Source of the DNA: Candidatus Latescibacterota bacterium
GTDB taxonomy: Bacteria > Latescibacterota > UBA2968 > UBA8231
Direction: 5' to 3'
DNA: 64,000 nt
Assembly: GCA_965243025.1 (NCBI GenBank)
Contig: CBDETY010000003.1
Location: forward strand, 4,128,001-4,192,000
Both the position numbers and the translations under genes were made by a program. Below, piece by piece: positions 57,550-64,000 of the stretch. Position 1 is the first letter of the stretch; each line of letters begins with the position of its first letter. Below the pieces are notes generated by a model. That model saw nothing but the letters and a program-made list of their open reading frames with translations, was not told the DNA's origin and did no database searches.

Positions 57550-59016
57550 TCAGAAAGCCTTCTTGCGGTAACGCTGGGAGTTGATGCCGAGCTGGTCGCG
57601 ATACTTCGCCACGGTCCGGCGGGCGATCCGCAGACCCTCGCCGGCGAGCCTGTCGGCGATTTCCTGGTCGCTCAAAGGCTCGGCCTTGTCCTCTTCGCCG
57701 ACCAGGGCCGCGATCTTTTCCTTGACGCTGCGCGCCGACACGTCCTCGCCGTCTTCGCGGTGGACCCTGCCGTCGAAGAAATACTTGAGCTCGAACACGC
57801 CGTGGGGGGTCTGCATGTACTTGCCGTTGCTGACCCGGCTGATGGTCGACACGTGCATGTCCACCGCGTCGGCGGCGTCCTGCAGCACCATCGGCTTGAG
57901 ATGGGCCGGTCCGCTTTCGAAGAACGGCAGCTGGGCGCGCACGATGTATTCGGCGACCTTGAGCATGGTCGCCCGTCTCTGGTTGATGGCGTTTATCAGC
58001 CAGCGGGCGTCGTTCAGCTTTCGCGACACGTAGGTGTGGAGCTCGTCCTTGCCCTTGCTCCTGCCGTCTCCGAGCAGGCCGACGTACGAGCTGTTGATCC
58101 GCAGTGATGGAAGGTTGCCGTCGGTGAGACTTACGACCCAGTCCCGCCCGGACTTCTCGACGATCAGGTCGGGCGTCACGAAGGGGTCCTCGGTGTCGAG
58201 AGTCAACAGCCCGGAATAGTCGTTCGCGCCGGCCAGGATCCCCGGGGAGGGGTGGAGTTTTTCGACGAGCTCCATCGCCGTTTTCAGGCCGTCGCTGGAT
58301 ATGTCGAGGGCCTTTGCAATGCGGGAAAAACGGCGCTTGCCGAGATCCTCCATGTGCTCCCGGACCATCTGCAGAGCCACCCCGGCCCCCTCTTCATCGC
58401 GGCGCTGCCGGAGCTGAATAAGCAGGCACTCGCGCAGGTCCCGCGCGCCGATTCCAGGCGGCTCGAAACCCTGAATCACCTCGAGGACGCGCTCGACCTC
58501 GATTTCGGGTACCTGAATCGCCTCGGCGATTTCGGCCGTCGTGCAGGTGAGGTAGCCGCGGTCGTCGATGTTGCCGATGATGAACTCGGCGATCTCGACA
58601 TCCCCGCCTTCCAGCTCGCTGACCGTCAACTGATCGAGCAGCTGATCGAGCAGCGGCTGAACCGTCGTGATGCGGTTCTCGCGCGGCTCGCGGTCCTGTT
58701 CCCAGTCGGGGTCGTACTCGCTGATTTCGTTGTTGTAGGAATTCCCCTCGAAGGAATCATCGAGGAGGGCGTCGAAGTTTTCTTCTTCAGGGTCCCCGGG
58801 CACCTCCTCTTCCTCTTTCAGGCCCTCTTCGACACTGTCCCCCTCATCCGTCTCCTCCTCGATGTCCAGGGTCTCTTCGAGCAGTGGGTTGATCTCCAAC
58901 TGTTGCTGAATCTCGAGCTCGAGCTCGATGGTCGACATCTGCAACAGCTGCAGCGACTGGATGAGTTGGGGAGCCATCCGTTGCTGGAGGTTCAGGTTTT
59001 GCGAAAAACGCAGCAT
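57550..59016 (-). CDS. rpoN: RNA polymerase sigma-54 factor
   Basis: Gln-rich region I, GARDLRECL, HVSTISR, RpoN box ARRTVAKYR. Confidence 0.98.
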   Translation of the reverse strand: MLRFSQNLNLQQRMAPQLIQSLQLLQMSTIELELEIQQQLEINPLLEETLDIEEETDEGDSVEEGLKEEEEVPGDPEEENFDALLDDSFEGNSYNNEISEYDPDWEQDREPRENRITTVQPLLDQLLDQLTVSELEGGDVEIAEFIIGNIDDRGYLTCTTAEIAEAIQVPEIEVERVLEVIQGFEPPGIGARDLRECLLIQLRQRRDEEGAGVALQMVREHMEDLGKRRFSRIAKALDISSDGLKTAMELVEKLHPSPGILAGANDYSGLLTLDTEDPFVTPDLIVEKSGRDWVVSLTDGNLPSLRINSSYVGLLGDGRSKGKDELHTYVSRKLNDARWLINAINQRRATMLKVAEYIVRAQLPFFESGPAHLKPMVLQDAADAVDMHVSTISRVSNGKYMQTPHGVFELKYFFDGRVHREDGEDVSARSVKEKIAALVGEEDKAEPLSDQEIADRLAGEGLRIARRTVAKYRDQLGINSQRYRKKAF

Positions 59017-59129
59017 TTCCCGGTGCGGTCGCCAGGGGTGAAAAAACGAGGTAACTAAAAGTCCTGAAGTAGGTTAGGAGCATATCGCCCCGCCTTTTGT
59101 TCCGGGCTTTTCGGCAGTGTCAAGCCAAA

Positions 59130-59146
59130 AGGCACGGCATTTGCTT
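59130..59146 (+). promoter_or_regulatory. Sigma54 -24/-12 site oriented opposite to rpoN
   Basis: AGGCACGGCATTTGCTT: GG(59131-2)-N10-GC(59143-4), matching GGCAC-N5-TTGC. Confidence 0.7.
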
Positions 59147-59157
59147 ATAGTAACCGG

Positions 59158-59895
<738 letters not shown>

Positions 59896-59898
59896 CGC

Positions 59899-61860
59899 TT
59901 ACTCCTCTTCCTCGGAAGGTGCGTAGCGGCCGTCGACACCGCCGCTGATCCTGACCTCCGCTACCCCTCCGGTGTCGTCGAGGAATATCTCCAGCTGCTC
60001 GCCGCTGACCTCGTTCACGAGGCCGTTCCCTTCTCCTGCGGCACCTGCACCATTGCCCCCGTTCCCCCCGTCGGGGCCGTTCACGTCCCGATCCGGCAGA
60101 CGCGTCCTGACCAGGGCGTTTCCCCGCGCCGACACCTGTCTCAGGACGGCAGTGGAGTCGAAATCGAGAACCATGCTGTCGGAGCGAAAACGGCTGGCCC
60201 CGCCAGACCCCGAATCGACGTGGGTGACCTCGGCCTCCCCGGCGAGTAGCACCCGCCTCAGCCGGCCGTTTTCCAGCTCCAGGCTGCCGCTTCCGGCCTG
60301 GAGCCAACTGCCGGTCTCGCCGTCCGCGGTTATCGACCCTGTCAGTGGAGAGGGGACCTCGACAGCATCGACACCGACGTCGCCGACGGCGACGCGCACG
60401 GAATCCGCCGTCATCTTCGCCGGGTTTCTTTGTCCATGTACCTCGATTCCGACCTGTCCCCCGAGGACGGCGGTGTCGGTGCCGGCGTCGTAGGTTCCGC
60501 GGCTGGAATTCAGGCGCACGCCGTCGGTGTCGATACGGAAGTCCCCCAGACCGGAAAGGCTGCGCGATCCGAGGTCGATCGACAATCTCTCCGCGGCGAC
60601 TTCGAGTGAACCGCTCGACTGTGAGAACCGGGGCTTGCCGTTGAGGAGAACCAGCTCCCGGGACAGATCGAGGTCGGCCCCGGCGGCGGTCACCGTGGCG
60701 CCGAAACCCGTCGACAACCGGACCGATGCAGCCGCGGTCAGGTGCTCGGCGGCGCGCTGGAAGTCGAGACTGTCGGCGTAAAGGGTGTCGTCTCCCGTGG
60801 AAAAGTGCGGCTGGCCTGTCGCAATGAAACTGTCTCCTTCGCGGCGGTGAACGAGATGCGAGGCCGACAGGCTGCGCCCCCCATCCCGCAGCTTCAGAGG
60901 CTGACCGGCCGCCTCCCAGCGGCGCCCGGCATCGAAGTCGACGAGCTCGGCGGCGGTCAGCCGGGTGGAGTCCTGCTCGACGACGACCGCTCCGCGGGCG
61001 ATGCTGTTGCGGCTGTCGAGCTCGATGTCGACCGCCCCGGCGCGCAAGGTGCGGAAGGAATCCCGCACCACGACCTCCTCCGACAGACTCAGCCGCCCCC
61101 CGTTCTCCCACCACGCCCCGCGGCCGGCCTGCAGCCGGCGGCCTTCGAACCGGACCCGGGGACTCTCGTACTCCGAGACGACACCCTCCTTCCCCCTCGA
61201 ACCGGATTCCCTGGCCGCCGACATCGCCACCTCGAATTCCTCGCCCGAGGGCCGCCTGTGCACCCACCTGCCTTCGACGTCGCTGAGAGACCAGCGCGAC
61301 AGATCCGACCTGGCAACCAGGCCCCTTCCCAGGGTCCGGCCCGATGCCGCGGTCAGGGAGGCGTCGCCGGGTACTTGCAGCTCCCCGGCTGCCTGGACCC
61401 ATTCCAGGGTGTCGGCGCGAAGGCTCAGGCTGTCGCCGCCTTCGGATTCGGCGGCGCGGAGGATCACGTCACCCGCCACCGCAAGCCGGGAGGTGCGGTA
61501 GTCGATGGTGAGCCGCCTGGCGGTCAGCCGCGAGATGGGCTGCAGGCCAATGGAATCGAAAAAGGCGATCTCGACTCCGTCCCTTACCGCGGCGGTCTGG
61601 CGCTCGCTGAAGTCCTCCAGGTAGGATGCCCGGACCGAGGCTCCTCCTGCCTGCCCGCGCAACTGCAGGGAGGCCCCCCAGGTCTCGCGGTCAGCCTCCG
61701 GAGGGTTCGGAACGGGAAAGTCGCCCTCGGGAGCTGCGCAGCCCCAGGCGACGAAGGAGAGCGGGAATGCCGGGTAGCAGAGCAACTGGCGGAGTCGAGC
61801 GGGAACGCTGCTGGAAAGCGCCGCGGCCCTTCCTGCGGCGCCCTTCCCTGGCGGGTTCAC
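59899..61860 (-). CDS. LptC-LptA(OstA)-like fused beta-jellyroll protein
   Basis: Hydrophobic stretch plus WGC, then FCB-type LptC-like segment (GVEIAFFD...LRADTLEW...GRGL) and repeated OstA-like beta strands; located between pyrG and lptB. Start uncertain (GTG 61860). Confidence 0.72.
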   Translation of the reverse strand: MNPPGKGAAGRAAALSSSVPARLRQLLCYPAFPLSFVAWGCAAPEGDFPVPNPPEADRETWGASLQLRGQAGGASVRASYLEDFSERQTAAVRDGVEIAFFDSIGLQPISRLTARRLTIDYRTSRLAVAGDVILRAAESEGGDSLSLRADTLEWVQAAGELQVPGDASLTAASGRTLGRGLVARSDLSRWSLSDVEGRWVHRRPSGEEFEVAMSAARESGSRGKEGVVSEYESPRVRFEGRRLQAGRGAWWENGGRLSLSEEVVVRDSFRTLRAGAVDIELDSRNSIARGAVVVEQDSTRLTAAELVDFDAGRRWEAAGQPLKLRDGGRSLSASHLVHRREGDSFIATGQPHFSTGDDTLYADSLDFQRAAEHLTAAASVRLSTGFGATVTAAGADLDLSRELVLLNGKPRFSQSSGSLEVAAERLSIDLGSRSLSGLGDFRIDTDGVRLNSSRGTYDAGTDTAVLGGQVGIEVHGQRNPAKMTADSVRVAVGDVGVDAVEVPSPLTGSITADGETGSWLQAGSGSLELENGRLRRVLLAGEAEVTHVDSGSGGASRFRSDSMVLDFDSTAVLRQVSARGNALVRTRLPDRDVNGPDGGNGGNGAGAAGEGNGLVNEVSGEQLEIFLDDTGGVAEVRISGGVDGRYAPSEEEE

Positions 61861-61861
61861 C

Positions 61862-63643
61862 TTACGAAGCGGCTGCCTTCGCATTCGACAGCCGCCCCTG
61901 CTGGCAGGCGAGGGCGGCGCCGACAAAACCGGAGAACAGGGGGGCCGGGTTGTCCATGCGCGACTTGAATTCCGGGTGAGCCTGGGTGGCGACGAAAAGC
62001 CGGTGCCCCGGGATCTCGATGAACTCCATCAGCCGGGTTCCGTCCACCCGGCGGTGGTGACCTGAGAAAACAAGGCCTTCCTCCTCGAGAAGCTCGACGA
62101 ACCGCGGCGAAACCTCGTAGCGGTGGCGGTGGCGCTCGAGTGCGACCTTGTCGCGGTCGAGCATGACCTGTCCTACGCGAAAGGCCTGGTCCGGCGTCGC
62201 CAGCAGCTGCTCGATGCGCTCCCGGTCCTCCCGCAGACGTCCCGACTCCTCGTAGAGCTCGAGCACACGGCTGTTTTTCCTGAGCACCGCTGCGTACGCC
62301 CCCAGGCGCATGCTGGCCCCGTAGCGGCTCTCCTCGAGCACCTGCTTCTGCGTCTCCTGGACGCAGACGACCTGCCAGGGGGAGGTCTCATCGAACTCCG
62401 CCGAGGTCGCCTCCTCGAGGCCGGCGACGTTGCGCGCGTATTCGATCACCGCCAACTGGAGGCCGTAACACAGCCCGAGGAAGGGCACGTCCTGTTCGCG
62501 GGCGTAGCGGATGGCGGCGATCACTCCTTCCGCCCCCCCTTCTCCGAAAGCCCCCGGGACGATGATGCCGCTGAACTCCTCCAGCTCTTCGAGGTCCATC
62601 TCCCCGGTTTCGAACTTCCTGCCATCCACCCAGGTGATGTCGACGCGCGCGTCGAGCCCGACGCCGGCGTGCAGCAGCGACTGGTTGACCGAGATGTACG
62701 AATCGGTCAGCTGGTAGTCGCCGATCTCGACGTACTTGCCGACCATGGCCACCGGGACTGTCTCGCGGGGTTCCTTGCTGCGCCGCAGCAGCTGGTGCCA
62801 ATGCGACCAGTCCGGTTTCCGATGGGGCTCGAGCTGGAGCTTTGCCAGCAGCTTTTCGCCGAGATCCTCCTCCTCGAGCCGCAGCGGAATGTCGTAGATC
62901 GTCGCCATGTCGGGAGCGGAAATGATGTGCTCGGCCGGGACGTTGGCGCCGACCTGGATCTTTTTCTTGCGCACGGCGTCGAGTCCGGTCTCGGCGCGGC
63001 AGATGATGAAGTCGGGAAATATCCCGTGCTCGCTGAGCATGCGGATCGCCTGCTGCGTCGGCTTGGTCTTCATCTCCCCGACGTGCTGCGGGACCGGCAG
63101 GTAGGTGATGAGGGCGAACACGAAGTGCTCCTCCCCTATTTCGCGCTCGAGAGCCTTCGCGGCGAACAGGAACGGCTCGTTCTCGTAGTCGCCGACCGTG
63201 CCCCCAATCTCGATCAGGCCGATGTCGTACCCCTCGACGGCATCGAGAATGCGGCGCTTGATTTCATCGGTGACGTGGGGGATGGGCTGCACCGTCTGCC
63301 CGAGATAGTCGCCGCGCCGCTCGCGCTCGATCACGCTGTGGTAGATCTGACCGGTAGTGAGGTTGTTCTGACGCGGCAGGTCGAGCCCGAGGAAGCGCTC
63401 GTAGTTGCCGAGATCCTGATCGATTTCGCCGCCGTCGTCGGTAACCCAGACCTCGCCGTGCTCCGTCGGACGCAGGGTGCCGGCGTCGTAGTTGATGTAG
63501 GGATCGATCTTCACCGCGGTCGTGCGGTACCCGTACTCGGAAAGGATGCGCCCGATCGAAGCGGTAGTCAGGCCCTTGCCGACCCCGCTCATCACCCCCC
63601 CTGCGACGATGACGAACTTCGGCCCCCCGTACTCACCTGTCAC
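61862..63643 (-). CDS. pyrG: CTP synthase
   Basis: GGVMSGVGKG, KIDPYIN, HGEV, KTKPTQ, GLCYGLQ, ERHRHRYE, QAHPEF. Confidence 0.97.
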   Translation of the reverse strand: MTGEYGGPKFVIVAGGVMSGVGKGLTTASIGRILSEYGYRTTAVKIDPYINYDAGTLRPTEHGEVWVTDDGGEIDQDLGNYERFLGLDLPRQNNLTTGQIYHSVIERERRGDYLGQTVQPIPHVTDEIKRRILDAVEGYDIGLIEIGGTVGDYENEPFLFAAKALEREIGEEHFVFALITYLPVPQHVGEMKTKPTQQAIRMLSEHGIFPDFIICRAETGLDAVRKKKIQVGANVPAEHIISAPDMATIYDIPLRLEEEDLGEKLLAKLQLEPHRKPDWSHWHQLLRRSKEPRETVPVAMVGKYVEIGDYQLTDSYISVNQSLLHAGVGLDARVDITWVDGRKFETGEMDLEELEEFSGIIVPGAFGEGGAEGVIAAIRYAREQDVPFLGLCYGLQLAVIEYARNVAGLEEATSAEFDETSPWQVVCVQETQKQVLEESRYGASMRLGAYAAVLRKNSRVLELYEESGRLREDRERIEQLLATPDQAFRVGQVMLDRDKVALERHRHRYEVSPRFVELLEEEGLVFSGHHRRVDGTRLMEFIEIPGHRLFVATQAHPEFKSRMDNPAPLFSGFVGAALACQQGRLSNAKAAAS

Positions 63644-63711
63644 TGCGTTTGCCTTTTCGGGAATGATTAACCGCCCGGCAGTTTCCGGCGACCGATCGGT
63701 CGGTCACAGCC

Positions 63712-63740
63712 AAAAAGAAACGGCGACATCGCTGCCGCCG
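63712..63740 (-). terminator. Intrinsic terminator after gatC, upstream of pyrG
   Basis: Minus strand CGGCGGCA-GCGA-TGTCGCCG-TTTCTTTTT. Confidence 0.7.
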
Positions 63741-63747
63741 CCGGTAA

Positions 63748-64000
63748 CTACTCGATGATTTTCGGGACTCTGAAATAGCCGTCCTTGACATCCGGCCCCA
63801 GAGCCAGGATTTCGTCCCGGCCGGGAAATGCCTCCGCTTCGTCCTGGCGAAAAGGGTTGCTGACCGGGACAACGTGGGAGGTGGGCTCGACGTTCCGGGT
63901 GTCCAGTTCGTCGAGCTTTTCCATGTAGGAGAGGATTCTGTTGAGCTCTTCTGCGAGGAGGGTTTTCTCTTGGTCGGAGAGTTGCAGCCGCGCCAGGTCC
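63748..64000 (-). CDS. gatC: Asp/Glu-tRNA amidotransferase subunit C (5'-truncated by the window edge)
   Basis: Manual translation: DLARLQLSDQEKTLLAEELNRILSYMEKLDELDTRNVEPTSH...DGYFRVPKIIE*. Confidence 0.93.
   Translation of the reverse strand, partial: DLARLQLSDQEKTLLAEELNRILSYMEKLDELDTRNVEPTSHVVPVSNPFRQDEAEAFPGRDEILALGPDVKDGYFRVPKIIE

Overview
High-GC bacterial chromosomal segment, densely coding, with about 55 genes. No rRNA, tRNA or CRISPR array was seen. Gene content suggests an FCB-group lineage such as Latescibacterota or Gemmatimonadota, but this is inference from FCB-type LptC, futalosine-pathway mqnB/mqnD, gatC-pyrG-lpt-rpoN order, and many sugar oxidoreductases and TIM barrels. 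Housekeeping genes: glnD (partial), hflX, mutM, clpP, HU/IHF, hisS, mqnB/D, ppk1, dapA/B, short purH, fabI, birA, rpoN, lptB, pyrG, gatC (partial). Accessory content: a two-permease RND system with large insertions, organosulfur genes (TauD-like, anaerobic sulfatase maturase, rhodanese, SirC-like, ComDE-like), a FleS/FleR-like sigma54 two-component pair, and one intact IS630 that splits a class I glutamine amidotransferase (peptidase C26) gene at a CTAG site. Best leads: (1) a triple-DUF5069 protein in an operon with the C26 amidase and divergent from a VOC gene; (2) an apparent natural LptC-LptA fusion with the usual kds genes missing; (3) a fucokinase-like GHMP kinase with a rewritten substrate motif and an unknown N-terminal domain; (4) a near-consensus sigma54 site lying antisense over the rpoN upstream region; (5) a probable CTG start codon for hflX; (6) a DGGGP-synthase-like prenyltransferase. 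All family calls come from motif recognition by eye; no database search was run.
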